In this document: in pieces, positions 32,648-44,384 of the stretch
How positions within the stretch are numbered: the stretch's first letter is position 1
How the letters are laid out: each line of letters starts with the position of its first letter
NCBI GenBank assembly: GCA_963696385.1
Contig: CAVOKF010000004.1
Span: 1,024,001-1,088,000 of the forward strand
DNA from: an uncultured delta proteobacterium
Lineage (GTDB): Bacteria; Myxococcota_A; Polyangia; Polyangiales; Polyangiaceae
Length of the DNA stretch: 64,000 nt
Direction of reading: 5' to 3'
Notes under the pieces: model-generated
Database searches by the model: none
What the model was told of the DNA's origin: nothing
Seen by the model: only the letters and a program-made list of their open reading frames with translations
Made by a program: the position numbers and the translations under genes

Positions 32648-32977
32648 ATGGGACTCGGCAAAGAAGAAGAGGTCGAGATACGGGCGAACCCCCTGTTTAT
32701 GCCGGGGACCAAGGTCGTATCGATCCGGTACGTGAAGAACGACGGCACGTTCGCCGGGCGCGACGTGGGCGAAGTTCTCGTGCGAAAGGGAGATGTCGGG
32801 TACGTCCGGGACATCGGGACGTTTCTTCAGCGCTATTACATTTACGCCGTGGAGTTCATCGAAACGGGCGTGGTCGTAGGGATGCGAGGGCGGGAATTGG
32901 AAGCCCTGGATGCGACCGGCAAACCGATCAAGCGACCGAAAACCACTCGCGTCGTCGAGGAGATTGAACCGCAATGA
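32648..32977 (+). CDS. nifZ: NifZ
   Basis: NDGTFAG..VGEVLVRKGDVGYVRDIGTFLQ..YIYAVEF. Confidence 0.93.
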   Translation: MGLGKEEEVEIRANPLFMPGTKVVSIRYVKNDGTFAGRDVGEVLVRKGDVGYVRDIGTFLQRYYIYAVEFIETGVVVGMRGRELEALDATGKPIKRPKTTRVVEEIEPQ

Positions 32978-33195
32978 AAGTCCTCATTCGCAGGTCGGCA
33001 GCGGGACTGTCGGCGTACGTTCCCAAGAAGGATCTGGAAGAGGCGATCGTCGCCGTCGAGCACGAGGGCTTGTGGGGCGGGTGGGTCCGTCTGAAGAACG
33101 GGTGGACGCTCGACCTACCCGTGATGGCGCCGGAGACGCGGCTGCCCATCACCGTGAATGCCAAAAAACGCGGTGCAGAACCCGAGGAATCGTAA
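32974..33195 (+). CDS. nifT: NifT/FixU
   Basis: MKVLIRR...YVPKKDLEE...WGG...LPITV. Confidence 0.93.
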   Translation: MKVLIRRSAAGLSAYVPKKDLEEAIVAVEHEGLWGGWVRLKNGWTLDLPVMAPETRLPITVNAKKRGAEPEES

Positions 33196-33278
33196 ACCCG
33201 TACCGGCGAGGCAGGATGGCACGTACCGAGTGTACGGCATCGCGCCTGCGCGGGTGCTTCTCAACGTGGAGTGGTCAA

Positions 33279-33671
33279 ATGGCGGCGAGCAAAATCAGCA
33301 TTGAAGGCGCGGGTTCGGTGATCATCAGTGAAGGGGCGGAGAAGTTCATGCGACGCATGACCCGCTTCGGTGGGCTGGGCCCTGGCGCCGGCTTTCGACT
33401 CGTCGTCAGCCCCGGGGGCTGCTCGGGACTGAGCGCCGAGTTCAGCATCGAGCAAGCGGCAAAACTCGGGGACGAGACGCTCGCGCTCAACGGGCTGCCC
33501 GTCTTTGTGCCTCCGCACAGCGCGAAGCTCTTGGCGGGCGTGACCATCGACTTCGTCGACACGCCGACGCAACAAGGGCTCACGTTCTACAATCCGAATG
33601 CGTCTTCGTCGTGCTCGGACAGTGCACGGCCCGCGGTCGTCCAGTTGTCCGAGCTGGTCACGCGCCCGTGA
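33279..33671 (+). CDS. HesB/IscA-like A-type carrier (atypical C-terminus)
   Basis: FRLVVSPGGCSGL; TIDFVD; single C-terminal Cys. Confidence 0.8.
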   Translation: MAASKISIEGAGSVIISEGAEKFMRRMTRFGGLGPGAGFRLVVSPGGCSGLSAEFSIEQAAKLGDETLALNGLPVFVPPHSAKLLAGVTIDFVDTPTQQGLTFYNPNASSSCSDSARPAVVQLSELVTRP

Positions 33672-33708
33672 AGCGCTTCCCCGAAGAAAGGCGGCTTTTG
33701 CGCGAACC

Positions 33709-34875
33709 ATGAAGACGGTTTACCTCGACAACAACGCGACTACGCGAGTCGACCCCGACGTCGTCCTAGCGATGCTTCCATTCTTCACGGAGCAGTATGG
33801 CAACCCGTCGTCGATCCACGCATTCGGCGCGTCGGTCGGCGGCGCGATCAACGGGGCTCGCCGTAGCGTTCAAGCGCTCCTGGGCGCCCAATTCGACCAC
33901 GAGATTGTGTTCACCTCGGGTGGAACCGAGTCCGACAGCACCGCACTCCTCTCGGCCCTCGAAACGGCTGACGGGCGCAACGAGATTGTGACCACCGCCG
34001 TCGAGCATCCGGCCATCCTCGCCCTCTGCAAGCACCTCAGCGACACGCGGGGCGTGAAGGTCGTGCTCGTGCCAGTCGATTCCGCCGGTCGTCTCGACCT
34101 CGACGCCTATCGGAAGGCGCTCGGTCCCCAAACGGCCATCGCCTCCGTCATGTGGGCGAACAACGAGACGGGAACGTTGTTTCCTATTCCGCTGCTGGCC
34201 GAGTGGGCCCACGAAGCGGGGGCCTTGTTCCACACGGACGCCGTGCAGGCGGTCGGCAAAGTCGCCATTTCTTTGAAGAGCACGCAGATCGACATGCTCT
34301 CGCTGTCCGGCCACAAGTTTCACGGCCCCAAGGGCGTCGGAGCCCTCTTCGTCCGGCGTGGAACACGGCTCCGGCCCATGCTGCGCGGCGGTCACCAGGA
34401 ACGCGCGCGGCGCGCGGGAACGGAAAACACCGCCAGCATCGTGGGGCTTGGCAAAGCCGCCGAGCTCGCCGCAGAAAGACTGCAAGGCGAGCAGACCCGC
34501 GTGCGTGCGCTGCGCGACCGACTGGAGACGGCTCTGCTCGCCCGCATCGCCGGCACTCTCAGCGTGGGCGACCGAGAGCACCGGCTGCCCAATACGTCCA
34601 ACGTCGCGTTCGAGTTTCTCGAAAGCGAAGCACTCCTCGTCCACCTGAGTCGCGCCGGAATTGCGGCTTCCTCGGGTTCCGCCTGCACGTCGGGTTCGAT
34701 GGAGCCGTCGCACGTGCTCCGGGCCATGAACGTCCCCTTTACGGCGGCTCACGGCGCCGTTCGGTTCTCCTTTTCACGGGACAACGACGACGCGGACGTC
34801 GACCGCGTGCTCGAAGTGATGCCCGGCATCGTTGAAACGCTGCGCGAAGGATCTTCCATCGGGACGGACGGGTGA
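33709..34875 (+). CDS. nifS: cysteine desulfurase NifS
   Basis: [42 protein letters not shown]. Confidence 0.93.
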   Translation: MKTVYLDNNATTRVDPDVVLAMLPFFTEQYGNPSSIHAFGASVGGAINGARRSVQALLGAQFDHEIVFTSGGTESDSTALLSALETADGRNEIVTTAVEHPAILALCKHLSDTRGVKVVLVPVDSAGRLDLDAYRKALGPQTAIASVMWANNETGTLFPIPLLAEWAHEAGALFHTDAVQAVGKVAISLKSTQIDMLSLSGHKFHGPKGVGALFVRRGTRLRPMLRGGHQERARRAGTENTASIVGLGKAAELAAERLQGEQTRVRALRDRLETALLARIAGTLSVGDREHRLPNTSNVAFEFLESEALLVHLSRAGIAASSGSACTSGSMEPSHVLRAMNVPFTAAHGAVRFSFSRDNDDADVDRVLEVMPGIVETLREGSSIGTDG

Positions 34876-34942
34876 GACCGTTCCGCCGTCGTTGCCCGCT
34901 TCCCCGTGAGGCCGCCACTCCCTTTGTTCTGGGGCGGTGTAC

Positions 34943-35308
34943 TTAGGTCCCCGTCAAGCGGCCCTTGGTGTACTTGCCGCGCTCTTTGGGGTGTTCGTTT
35001 TCGTAGGCCTCGAGACTCTCGGAGGCAATCTCCAGTTCAATCGTGCCTTCTCCGGTCACGCGGGCTTGGCACCCGAGTCGAGACGTTGCCCGTACGTCGA
35101 ATGCCTTGTCGAGCGCATCGGACTCCTCGTTCTGCTCGGCGCTGAGCAGCTCGGCCCCTCGCGCAACGTACACGTGGCAGGTGGAACAGGCGCACGCGCC
35201 GCCGCAGGCGCTGCCTACGGGAGCGCGTGCCTTCGTCGCAGCGTCGAGCACGGACGTGCCAGCGCCGACGGTCACCTCGCCGAAGCCCGCAAAGCGAATC
35301 GTCGCCAT
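34943..35308 (-). CDS. fdx: ISC-type 2Fe-2S ferredoxin
   Basis: ACGGACACSTCHVYV; SRLGCQ. Confidence 0.9.
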   Translation of the reverse strand: MATIRFAGFGEVTVGAGTSVLDAATKARAPVGSACGGACACSTCHVYVARGAELLSAEQNEESDALDKAFDVRATSRLGCQARVTGEGTIELEIASESLEAYENEHPKERGKYTKGRLTGT

Positions 35309-37221
35309 CAGCCGAGCTCTTGCGGGTGTGGGCCGTGGGCGTACTCGACGCCCTTGGCGTGCTCGACAGTCCGCGCGATCGCGTCCACGCGCTGACCCCC
35401 AATCGCGCGGGCCATCGCGCGATTCATTCGCCGCGCGGCGAACGCCTTGGTGGCTTCATCCAGCGCATCGATGCTGGCCTGAATGAGCGACGGCTGCTCG
35501 CCGCGCGAGGCTTGCTCGAGTTTCGCGTACGCCCGCTCGATCCTCTCCCTCTCTGCAACGTCGAGCAGGTCCGCATCGGAGTCGATTGCCTTCTGCGTCG
35601 CCAGGAGAATTCGAGCCGCCTCCACGCGATTCTCCGCCAGTCGCCGCCGGTTCAAGTCCTCCTCGCCGTGGTCGAGCGCCTCGGTGAGCATCCGTTCGAC
35701 GGTCGCGTCGTCGAGCCCGTAAGTGGGTCGGACCGTGACCTTCTGCTCGATGCCGGTCGTCGATTCCTTCGCGTGCACGCCGAGAAGACCGTCCGCGTCG
35801 ACCTGGAATTTGACTTCGAGGCGCGCCATTCCGGCGGCCATCGGCGGGATCCCTTTCAGGGTGATGCGCGCGAGACTTCGGCTGTCCGCGACGAGTTCGC
35901 GTTCGCCCTGGACCACGTGAATATCGAACCCGGTCTGGTTGTCTTCTTGCGTCGTGTAGGTGGCGCGAGCGGCGCAGGGGATCGACGAGTTGCGCGCCAG
36001 GATCTTATCGACGACGCCGCCTCCCACTTCGATTCCGAGCGATAGGGGGATCACGTCGAGCAGGAGCACGTCTTCCCGCCGCCTCGGGCCCGCCAACAGA
36101 TCCGCCTGGACGGCGGCGCCGAGCGCCACGACGCGGTCCGGGTCGATGTCGGCGAGCGGTTCTTTGCCGAAAAGCGCCCCCACATACCGTCTCACGAGCG
36201 GAACACGCGTCGCCCCACCCACGAGGATGACCCCATCGAGATCCTTCGGCGCCAACCCCGCGTCCTTCAGCGCGCGGCGACAGGCCACCCCCGTGCGCTC
36301 GAGAAGCGGGCCGATCAGCTCTTCGAACCCCCGGCGATGGACCACGACACGCCCGTGGCCGGCGACTTCGACTTCCACTTCGTCCTGGGTCGTCAGTTCG
36401 TGCTTGACCTTGCGCGCCTGGTCGAGGACCCATCGAACGAGTTGCGGCGTCTGCCGGGCAGAATCCAGCCCGACTTTCTCGAGAAGGTGGTGAGCGATGG
36501 CGCGATCCATGTCGTCGCCTCCAAGCTGGCTGTCGCCGCCGGTCGATCGCACCTGAAAGACGCCGTCGTCCAGCACAAGCACCGTGACGTCGAACGTCCC
36601 GCCGCCCAAGTCGTAGACCGCGAAGGTGCCATTCTGTTTCTTCTCGAGGCCGTACGCCAGAGCGGCTGCCGTCGGCTCGTTCAGGAGCCGCAACACGGTG
36701 AGCCCCGCAAGCCGTGCCGCGTCTTTGGTGGCCTGGCGCTGCGCGTCGTCGAAGTAGGCGGGCACGGTGATGACCGCGCCCCCGACGTTCTGAAGCTCGT
36801 CCTCGGCGAGGGCCTTGAGAGCGCGGAGAATTTCCGCGCTGACTTCGACGGGCGTGACCACTCGCCCGTCCGCAACCCGGAATCGGACCGTGTTCGACTG
36901 ACCCGGCTTGGGAGCGACAAATTCGTAGGGGCCGAGGCGCCGCGTTTCAGCGTCGTCGTTGCCGCGGCCCATCATTCGCTTCACGCTCACGATCGCGTCG
37001 CGCGGATGGTGGCTCGCAAATTCCGCCGCGAGACGCCCGACGATCACGTCACCGGCGGGCAAGTACGCGACGACGCTTGGAAGGAGGACGACCGAATCGC
37101 AATCGGCGATGGCGACGGGCCGCTCGTTCGTCACGTGGGCGACCAGCGAATGGGTCGTTCCCAGATCGATTCCGATCGGCCGCGGGGGCGCTTTGGGATC
37201 GAAGATCTCGAGCAATGCCAT
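35308..37221 (-). CDS. hscA: Fe-S assembly chaperone HscA
   Basis: [32 protein letters not shown] operon context. Confidence 0.93.
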   Translation of the reverse strand: MALLEIFDPKAPPRPIGIDLGTTHSLVAHVTNERPVAIADCDSVVLLPSVVAYLPAGDVIVGRLAAEFASHHPRDAIVSVKRMMGRGNDDAETRRLGPYEFVAPKPGQSNTVRFRVADGRVVTPVEVSAEILRALKALAEDELQNVGGAVITVPAYFDDAQRQATKDAARLAGLTVLRLLNEPTAAALAYGLEKKQNGTFAVYDLGGGTFDVTVLVLDDGVFQVRSTGGDSQLGGDDMDRAIAHHLLEKVGLDSARQTPQLVRWVLDQARKVKHELTTQDEVEVEVAGHGRVVVHRRGFEELIGPLLERTGVACRRALKDAGLAPKDLDGVILVGGATRVPLVRRYVGALFGKEPLADIDPDRVVALGAAVQADLLAGPRRREDVLLLDVIPLSLGIEVGGGVVDKILARNSSIPCAARATYTTQEDNQTGFDIHVVQGERELVADSRSLARITLKGIPPMAAGMARLEVKFQVDADGLLGVHAKESTTGIEQKVTVRPTYGLDDATVERMLTEALDHGEEDLNRRRLAENRVEAARILLATQKAIDSDADLLDVAERERIERAYAKLEQASRGEQPSLIQASIDALDEATKAFAARRMNRAMARAIGGQRVDAIARTVEHAKGVEYAHGPHPQELG

Positions 37222-37306
37222 TGGAACACCATCGCGGGGGATCCGCGCTCTGCCAGGTTTGTCGTCCGGTCTCTCGCCTCGCTCGAGCCTGCCGGCTCCA
37301 AGCCGA

Positions 37307-37816
37307 CTACGTAAGCTCGTCTTCGATGGCGCCTACTTCGTCCAGAAAGCGCCGGTAGAATCTCAACTTGCCGAGTTTGCCGACGAGGGGCTCGCATAGC
37401 CCGCTGGCGAGGCCGTCGCAGAGCTCTCGCTCCGTTTTGGTCCAGCGCGCCCGGACACCCTCGGCGAGGCTCGAAACCGCCTGTCGATCACGCGCGTCTT
37501 TCGCGTTCGACAGGGCTTCGCGCTGCTCGAGCATCTCCATGAGAAACTCCGGCTCGGGATTCGGCTCGCGGTCGTCGCCAAGGGCGATCCCGCTCAACGC
37601 AAGGAGGGCCTCGGCGCGCCGGAGCGGGTCGCGAACGATTCGCCACGCCTCGTTCACCTCGACCGCTCTGGCGAGCGCCTCTCGCCTCACGCCGGCGGTG
37701 GTCGCGAGGTGGCGGTCGGGGTGAAGCACCCGCGACAGCTCGCGATGGGTCTTTTCGAGCGCCCGCATGTCCACATCGTAGCGGCGAGCAATGCCGAGGG
37801 TCGCGAATGGGTCCAT
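37307..37816 (-). CDS. hscB: co-chaperone HscB
   Basis: J-domain [14 protein letters not shown]. Confidence 0.92.
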   Translation of the reverse strand: MDPFATLGIARRYDVDMRALEKTHRELSRVLHPDRHLATTAGVRREALARAVEVNEAWRIVRDPLRRAEALLALSGIALGDDREPNPEPEFLMEMLEQREALSNAKDARDRQAVSSLAEGVRARWTKTERELCDGLASGLCEPLVGKLGKLRFYRRFLDEVGAIEDELT

Positions 37817-37831
37817 AGCGAGCGTGTCTCC

Positions 37832-38230
37832 TCACACGGTAAACGAATTGCCGCAGCCGCAGCTGCTCTTCTCGTTCGGGTTGGCGAACTTGAACCCCTG
37901 ATGCATCAGCGTCTGTTCCCACACGAGCTCCGACCCGTTCAAATAGAGGAGGCTCTTTGGGTCGACGAGGACGCGCACATGGCTTCCGTCAGTCGCCACG
38001 CAATCGAGCACGTGGTCGCGCTCGTGCGGGGGGCCGTCGTGGTACTCGATCACGTACGAAAAGCCGGAACAGCCCCCTCCGCGAATCCCGACCCGCAGAC
38101 TTCCCTCCGGGGTGTGGCGCTTCTGCATCTGGCGAGCAATGACGTCGACCGCCGGTTGCGAAACGGAAATGCCGGGCAGCTTCGAGTCCGGGCCCCGCAC
38201 GTGCCCAGGCGCCTCGACGACGGATTCCAT
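37832..38230 (-). CDS. iscA: IscA
   Basis: GGGCSGFSY; NPNEKSSCGCGNSF. Confidence 0.9.
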   Translation of the reverse strand: MESVVEAPGHVRGPDSKLPGISVSQPAVDVIARQMQKRHTPEGSLRVGIRGGGCSGFSYVIEYHDGPPHERDHVLDCVATDGSHVRVLVDPKSLLYLNGSELVWEQTLMHQGFKFANPNEKSSCGCGNSFTV

Positions 38231-38235
38231 GGCGT

Positions 38236-38655
38236 TCACTCGCCGACGCGGGCGACATCCGCGATGGCCACGCGCTCCGACTGTTTTTTGCGGTAGTCCG
38301 CGATGGCGCTCTTGATCGCGTCTTCGGCGAGCACCGAGCAGTGAATTTTCACCGGGGGCAAGTTCAGTTCGTCCACGATCGCCGAATTCTTGATGCTCGC
38401 GGCCTCGTCCACCGTCTTGCCCTTGATCCACTCGGTGGCGAGCGACGAGCTCGCGATGGCCGATCCGCAGCCGAACGTCTTGAACTTCGCGTCTTCGATG
38501 ACGCCTTGCTCGTTCACCTTGATCTGCAATCGCATCACGTCACCGCAGGCGGGCGCCCCGACGAGCCCCGTGCCGACGCTGGGATCGGCCTTGTCGAGCG
38601 TCCCGACGTTGCGCGGATTCTCGTAATGCTCGATGACTTTCTCGCTGTATGACAT
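38236..38655 (-). CDS. iscU: Fe-S scaffold IscU
   Basis: GAPACGD, FGCGSAIASSS, LPPVKIHCS; single domain. Confidence 0.95.
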   Translation of the reverse strand: MSYSEKVIEHYENPRNVGTLDKADPSVGTGLVGAPACGDVMRLQIKVNEQGVIEDAKFKTFGCGSAIASSSLATEWIKGKTVDEAASIKNSAIVDELNLPPVKIHCSVLAEDAIKSAIADYRKKQSERVAIADVARVGE

Positions 38656-38714
38656 GGCTCGACCCTTTGTGGCTGAGATTCTTCGCCTCGCACGCAATTC
38701 AAATGGGCGACTCA

Positions 38715-39458
38715 TCAGGTGCAGTCGCTCGCGGCGCCCGTGTAATTCTTGACGCGCTCGCCTTCGGTGGCGCCGAGAATCTTGGCGAGCCACGGCGGGG
38801 GCGACTTGGCAAGCACGCGCTGCAAGTCGGTCAGAATCGCTCGCGCCGGACCGCCGTCGGGAACGGGAAGCAAATGAATGTCCGCCTTGATCACTTTGGC
38901 GGCCGCGGGGCCACCGATCGAGACGATGTAGAGAACTCGGCAGTCTCGAATGAGGTCGACGCGAAAGGCGTTCTTGTCGCCCGAAGCATCGGCTTGTGCG
39001 GCGGACCGGATGTCGATCAGGCGAATCTCGGAAGCCGACACCTGGTAGACGAGATAGAAACAGGCCGACCCGAAGTGGCCGTTCAACTCTTCGCCGCGGT
39101 TCGATGCCATGGCGACGCGAACCGACCGCGGCATGTCTCCATCTGTGTAGGCCTCGATGATCCGTGCGTCGTCTTTGCCGGCTTCTCCCCAGAGAATCCG
39201 CACGGCCTCTTTGAACGCCGCCATGTCGGCGGTGCGGTATTGTTCGCTCCCGTCCTCTTCGCCATCGAGATTGTACGAACCACCGAACGACGCTTTGAGG
39301 TTCGCCACCGTGACCCGGCTCAAGGCCGCTTCGTCAAGCTCGTCGCCGAGGCACGTGTGCAAGGCATCAATCAGGCTCGGCAGAGGAACGTCGTGCAAAG
39401 CCTTTGCGGCAAACGCAATTCTCAAGGCGACGTCGTTGGTAATGGCTGCTTCGGGCAT
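38715..39458 (-). CDS. NifY/NafY-like FeMo-co protein
   Basis: N-terminal ALRIA.AA domain plus NifX-like HFGSA domain. Confidence 0.8.
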   Translation of the reverse strand: MPEAAITNDVALRIAFAAKALHDVPLPSLIDALHTCLGDELDEAALSRVTVANLKASFGGSYNLDGEEDGSEQYRTADMAAFKEAVRILWGEAGKDDARIIEAYTDGDMPRSVRVAMASNRGEELNGHFGSACFYLVYQVSASEIRLIDIRSAAQADASGDKNAFRVDLIRDCRVLYIVSIGGPAAAKVIKADIHLLPVPDGGPARAILTDLQRVLAKSPPPWLAKILGATEGERVKNYTGAASDCT

Positions 39459-39536
39459 GATTCCGATCCTCCTCTTCCGATGCGCATCGGGTCTTCGAGT
39501 CGCTTCTCGCTAGGTCGAAGCCGGTCGTGTCATTTT

Positions 39537-39731
39537 TCAGGCGGGCACGCAGGTGTCGGCCACCGGACAGACCGCGGCGCATTGCGCGGTGTCGAAGTGG
39601 CCTTCGCACTCGGTGCATAGTTTCGGGTTAATGACGTACATTTCGTTCTTGAGCGAGATCGCAGCATTGGGGCATTCGAACTCGCACGCACCGCACACGG
39701 TGCACTGGGATGCGACAATCTTGTAGGCCAT
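39537..39731 (-). CDS. fdxN: nif 2[4Fe-4S] ferredoxin
   Basis: [12 protein letters not shown]...CTECEG...CAAVCP. Confidence 0.9.
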   Translation of the reverse strand: MAYKIVASQCTVCGACEFECPNAAISLKNEMYVINPKLCTECEGHFDTAQCAAVCPVADTCVPA

Positions 39732-39742
39732 GGGAAACCTTC

Positions 39743-40075
39743 TCAGTCCTTGTGTTGTAGAGCGGTGAGCCTTACGAACGGCGGTGGTTGGGGGACCTTT
39801 TCTTTGACCGCGTCCTTGTGAACTTTGAACACGCGCTGGTCGATGGGCGACCGAGCGACGAAGTCGTCATAGGCCATTTGCAGGTGGGCGCGGCAGCGCT
39901 CGCGCACCAGGCCCTCGCCCAGCCCGGCCAACGGCTCCTTGGCGAGGTACTCGCCCATGCGTCGAAGAATGTGCAGACGCGCGACGTTGACGACGCCGAC
40001 TTCGAAGGGCACATCGAGGTAGACAAAGATCTCTTCGGCAGACGAGAGCCGGCGCAGGTCATCGAGTACACTCAT
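39743..40075 (-). CDS. nifW: nitrogenase-stabilising protein NifW
   Basis: LSSAEE...VNVARLHIL...VFKVH. Confidence 0.9.
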   Translation of the reverse strand: MSVLDDLRRLSSAEEIFVYLDVPFEVGVVNVARLHILRRMGEYLAKEPLAGLGEGLVRERCRAHLQMAYDDFVARSPIDQRVFKVHKDAVKEKVPQPPPFVRLTALQHKD

Positions 40076-40118
40076 CTTCGTCTCTTCTCCGTTGGAACTC
40101 GGTTGCGGTCGCGGCCGG

Positions 40119-40439
40119 TCAGCCGAACGATTTGCCGCAGGCGCAGCTCGACGTTGCATTCGGATTGATAAATGTGAATCCGGCGCCTTCGGCGCTGACG
40201 AGGAAATCCACCGTCACCCCCTGGAGAAGGGGCGCGCTGGACGCGTCGACAAATACTTTGATCTCGCCCTTTTCGACGGTCACGTCGCCGGGCAGCGGCT
40301 CGGCGACGAGCCCCATCATGTATTTGTTGCCGGCGCAGCCCCCCGTCTCCACCATGAGGCGGAGGCCCTGGACGGGTGCGTTGGAACCGGCGATTGCCGT
40401 ACGAATGGCGTTTGCAGCGCTGTCGGTGATTTCGATCAA
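40119..40439 (-). CDS. nif-type IscA (HesB family)
   Basis: GGCAG.KY; NPNATSSCACGKSF. Confidence 0.88.
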   Translation of the reverse strand: MIEITDSAANAIRTAIAGSNAPVQGLRLMVETGGCAGNKYMMGLVAEPLPGDVTVEKGEIKVFVDASSAPLLQGVTVDFLVSAEGAGFTFINPNATSSCACGKSFG

Positions 40440-40492
40440 GGCATTCTCCTTTCGCCCCGCCGCCTACGATTGGGGCGACGTGACGGCCCTAT

Positions 40493-40508
40493 CGCAACGG
40501 ACGTGCCG
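40493..40508 (-). promoter_or_regulatory. sigma54 promoter for iscAnif-nifW-fdxN-nifY-iscUA-hscBA-fdx
   Basis: CGGCAC-gtccg-TTGCG; UAS at 40582-40597. Confidence 0.78.
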
Positions 40509-40713
40509 GCGACGAAGAGCGTGAGTTCATCCACGATTTGCGCGCGATACGGCTCTCCGGCGCACGTCGCGTTTATGCCAATGTACGTTTTGCGACACGA
40601 CGAAAAGGACGCACCGGTGCGGGACTTGGCCACGGGCCACCGTCGCCCCCAGACGTGACCCTCCGGCAAGGCGGCGAACTTCACGAGCCCTGTCGCTTTT
40701 GTGCTGGTCATGA

Positions 40714-41778
<1,065 letters not shown>

Positions 41779-41962
41779 AGCGCATGACCGAACCCCTCGC
41801 CGGCGCCCCGCGGCCCGGCGAGGCGGTCGGCATCTTCTGACTCTCACGTTCGGCTTGTTCGGCTTGTTCGGTTTGTCGCAGTCGCGACAGCGCTCGGGAG
41901 AGCCCAGGGCGCGCTCTTCGTCCACCAAGGAATATTCGCACAAACCGTGAACGAGAGACGGA

Positions 41963-41978
41963 TGGCACAGTCCATGCG
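41963..41978 (+). promoter_or_regulatory. sigma54 promoter for the nifX2-nifQ operon
   Basis: TGGCAC-agtcc-ATGCG; UAS at 41874-41889. Confidence 0.72.
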
Positions 41979-42008
41979 ACCGACACGATAGACCCCGGAC
42001 TTCGGACC

Positions 42009-42488
42009 ATGGCCACAACAGTACGACAGCTACGGCTCATCGACGGCGGCACCCGCAACGCCGCCGTCCCGACGAAGACGGGTGCCGGTCCGCGCGTCCG
42101 CGTCGCGATCGCGAGCCGGGACGGCAAGGCGCTCAACGCGCACTTCGGGTTCGCCGAGAAGTTGATGGTCTACGACGTGACTCCGCGAACCCATCGTCTG
42201 GTGCAAGTGGTCACGTCCGTGGCCGACGACTCCCGGTCCCGTACGGCCGAGAGCGAAGACGACGCGATTGGACCCAAGGTGGCCGCGCTCGCCGGTTGCG
42301 ACCTCTTGTTCGTTCTCGCCATCGGACCGCCCGCGGCGGCCAAGGTCATTCGGGCGAACATTCATCCCATCAAGGTAAAAGACCCGGAAGAGATTGAGAC
42401 AGTCATTGCGCGCGTTCAAACGATGATGAACGGCGAGCCGCCGTCGTGGCTTCGGAGAGCTCTCGCCGAGAGTCGGGCACAACCATGA
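42009..42488 (+). CDS. nifX: NifX, copy 2
   Basis: VAIASRDGKALNAHFG; PPSWLRRAL. Confidence 0.88.
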   Translation: MATTVRQLRLIDGGTRNAAVPTKTGAGPRVRVAIASRDGKALNAHFGFAEKLMVYDVTPRTHRLVQVVTSVADDSRSRTAESEDDAIGPKVAALAGCDLLFVLAIGPPAAAKVIRANIHPIKVKDPEEIETVIARVQTMMNGEPPSWLRRALAESRAQP

Positions 42489-42513
42489 CATTCAAGAAGA
42501 AGGCAGACTGACC

Positions 42514-42990
42514 ATGACTACCCAAGACGTGCTCTCCCTACCGCAGAACGAGGCCCAGACCGCTTCGCCCTTCCTCGGGTCGCTGGCCCGCCTGGTTCGC
42601 TCCGAAGACACCTTCGGGGCCTGGGACAAGAAGCGCGACGTCGACCTTCTAGCGCCATTTATTGTGACGAAAGAAGCGCGCCGTACCCTTCCGATCATTG
42701 GAGACCCCGACCCCGACGTTCTGCATCGCGTCGAGCAGTTCTATCAAGCTGTGGGCCTGGCGATCGAGCACAAGATCGGCCTCATGGCGTGCCCGATGAT
42801 GAAGATGAGCCACGAGGGGTTCGGGCGCGTGATTCTCACTGTCGGGAGCCTGGTGGCCTTCGCGAAGAGCCTGCGCGACGTACACCGTTTCGGCTTCGAG
42901 AGTCTCGAAGCCCTGGCCCGTGAAGGGGACAAGGCCGTGGACCAGGCCATTGCTACCGTGAACACCTATCCGGACGTTGCGCGGGCCTAA
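42514..42990 (+). CDS. NifX-associated protein (DUF269)
   Basis: PIIGDPDP; SHEGFGR; LRDVHRFGF. Confidence 0.9.
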   Translation: MTTQDVLSLPQNEAQTASPFLGSLARLVRSEDTFGAWDKKRDVDLLAPFIVTKEARRTLPIIGDPDPDVLHRVEQFYQAVGLAIEHKIGLMACPMMKMSHEGFGRVILTVGSLVAFAKSLRDVHRFGFESLEALAREGDKAVDQAIATVNTYPDVARA

Positions 42991-43019
42991 AAGGACCGTC
43001 CACTGTCGAGGAGACCGCC

Positions 43020-43229
43020 GTGAGCGAACTCGAAGTCCTCAAAGCAGAAATCAAGAAGCTGTCCCCGAAGGCCATGCAGCTCAAGATGGATCTGCACGAC
43101 CTATCGGAGGAGCTGCCCCAGAACTGGCAGTCGATTCCCGACATCGCCAAGGCGGCCTACGATGCGTTCGCGCAGCTCGACGCCAAACGGGCAGAGCTCA
43201 AGGCCCTCGAAGTCCAAGTCGCGCCATAA
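43020..43229 (+). CDS. nif-associated Rop-like / CCE_0567 family protein
   Basis: KMDLHDLSEELP.NW. Confidence 0.88.
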   Translation: MSELEVLKAEIKKLSPKAMQLKMDLHDLSEELPQNWQSIPDIAKAAYDAFAQLDAKRAELKALEVQVAP

Positions 43230-43245
43230 GCTGGAGAATCAGACG

Positions 43246-43539
43246 ATGAACTCCATCACGCGCGACGGGCGCTCCTGGACACCGGAATATCTGCACGCGA
43301 TCAATGCGCAAGTCTGCATCGGGTGCGGCCGGTGTTTCAAGGTGTGCGGGCGACACGTAATGACGCTCAAGGGGGTGGGCGACGAGGGCCAGCTCGTGTC
43401 GCTCGACGAAGACGACGAAGACATCGAGCGCAAGGTGATGGCCATGGATGACGCGGGTGCATGCATCGGGTGCGGAGCGTGTGCGCGAGTCTGTCCAACG
43501 AATTGTCAGACACACGGCACCGAGCGCGCCGCCGAATGA
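43246..43539 (+). CDS. fdxB: ferredoxin III, nif-specific
   Basis: TRDG..WTP; CIGCGRCFKVC; CIGCGACARVCP. Confidence 0.9.
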   Translation: MNSITRDGRSWTPEYLHAINAQVCIGCGRCFKVCGRHVMTLKGVGDEGQLVSLDEDDEDIERKVMAMDDAGACIGCGACARVCPTNCQTHGTERAAE

Positions 43540-43587
43540 CCGTCGGCCCAGGGGGACGAGGCAACAAGGACCGAACAGGACGGCAAG

Positions 43588-44214
43588 ATGCAAAGCGCGG
43601 ACGTATACGGATGGTCGATGAGCGGGGGGCCGCAATCGGCCTGTGACCGCTTCGACGCCCACGTTGTGGCTTCCACGCTCAGCTTGGCCATGCTGGAAAG
43701 CGCGGGGGAGCGACGATCGCTGGCCGCCGCGATGGGTCTGGAGTCGGCCACAGTGACCCGCCTGGTGGGCGCGACGTTCCCGCATGCGCGCGACGTCTTC
43801 GCTCGGCTCGAGACGACCGACCCGGTCGTCGTCGCCCCGGACGAAGCTTGCCTGCGCCAGCTTCTCGTTCGGTGCACCACCCATGGTAGTCCATTCCAAG
43901 AACAGCTGGCGTCGATCGTCGCCCGCCGCGCCCAGCGCCCCAACCACCTGTGGCAGGACCTCGGCTTGCGCAATCGGCGCGAGCTCTCGTGGTTGATGGA
44001 CCGCCACTTCGAGTGGCTTGCCGCGCGCAATGCGCGCGACATGAAGTGGAAGAAGTTTCTGTACCGTACCATCTGTCGCGACGGCAGCTTCCCGATCTGC
44101 ACAGCGCCGAGCTGCGCCGCATGCTCGGATTTCGACGGCTGCTTCGGCGACGAGAGCGGCGAGAGCTTGCTCGCCGTCGTTCGCCGGGAGGCCGAGGGCT
44201 CGGCGGTCCGCTAA
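43588..44214 (+). CDS. nifQ: Mo-processing protein NifQ
   Basis: NHLWQDLGL; MKWKKFLY; CxxxxCxxCxxxxxCFG. Confidence 0.93.
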   Translation: MQSADVYGWSMSGGPQSACDRFDAHVVASTLSLAMLESAGERRSLAAAMGLESATVTRLVGATFPHARDVFARLETTDPVVVAPDEACLRQLLVRCTTHGSPFQEQLASIVARRAQRPNHLWQDLGLRNRRELSWLMDRHFEWLAARNARDMKWKKFLYRTICRDGSFPICTAPSCAACSDFDGCFGDESGESLLAVVRREAEGSAVR

Positions 44215-44384
44215 CCCGGCCGATTTCTTCTTGCGTCTCGGACGCAGCCTACGAAATTGGAGATGCAACGCCCTTTCGTCGAGACGATGATCGGCGCCGT
44301 TCCGCGTTTTCGGCTCCTGGAGAGAGCAGGCGCGGCTCGGACGAAAGATTCGAAGGCGCTCGATTTTGCCTCTGGCTGAAGTCT

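Noticed and set aside
33217..33250. internal sigma54 promoter before hesB-nifS
   Set aside because: TGGCAC at 33217 lacks the -12 GC; the nearby CGGCAT-N5-CTGCG is weak and has no UAS.
38236..38655. calling this gene nifU
   Set aside because: It is a single ~139-aa domain with LPPVK and hscBA context, lacking the NifU central and C-terminal domains.
41848..41874. 9-bp GTTCGGCTT triple repeat as a separate element
   Set aside because: It is short and imperfect, most simply slippage next to the NifA UAS.
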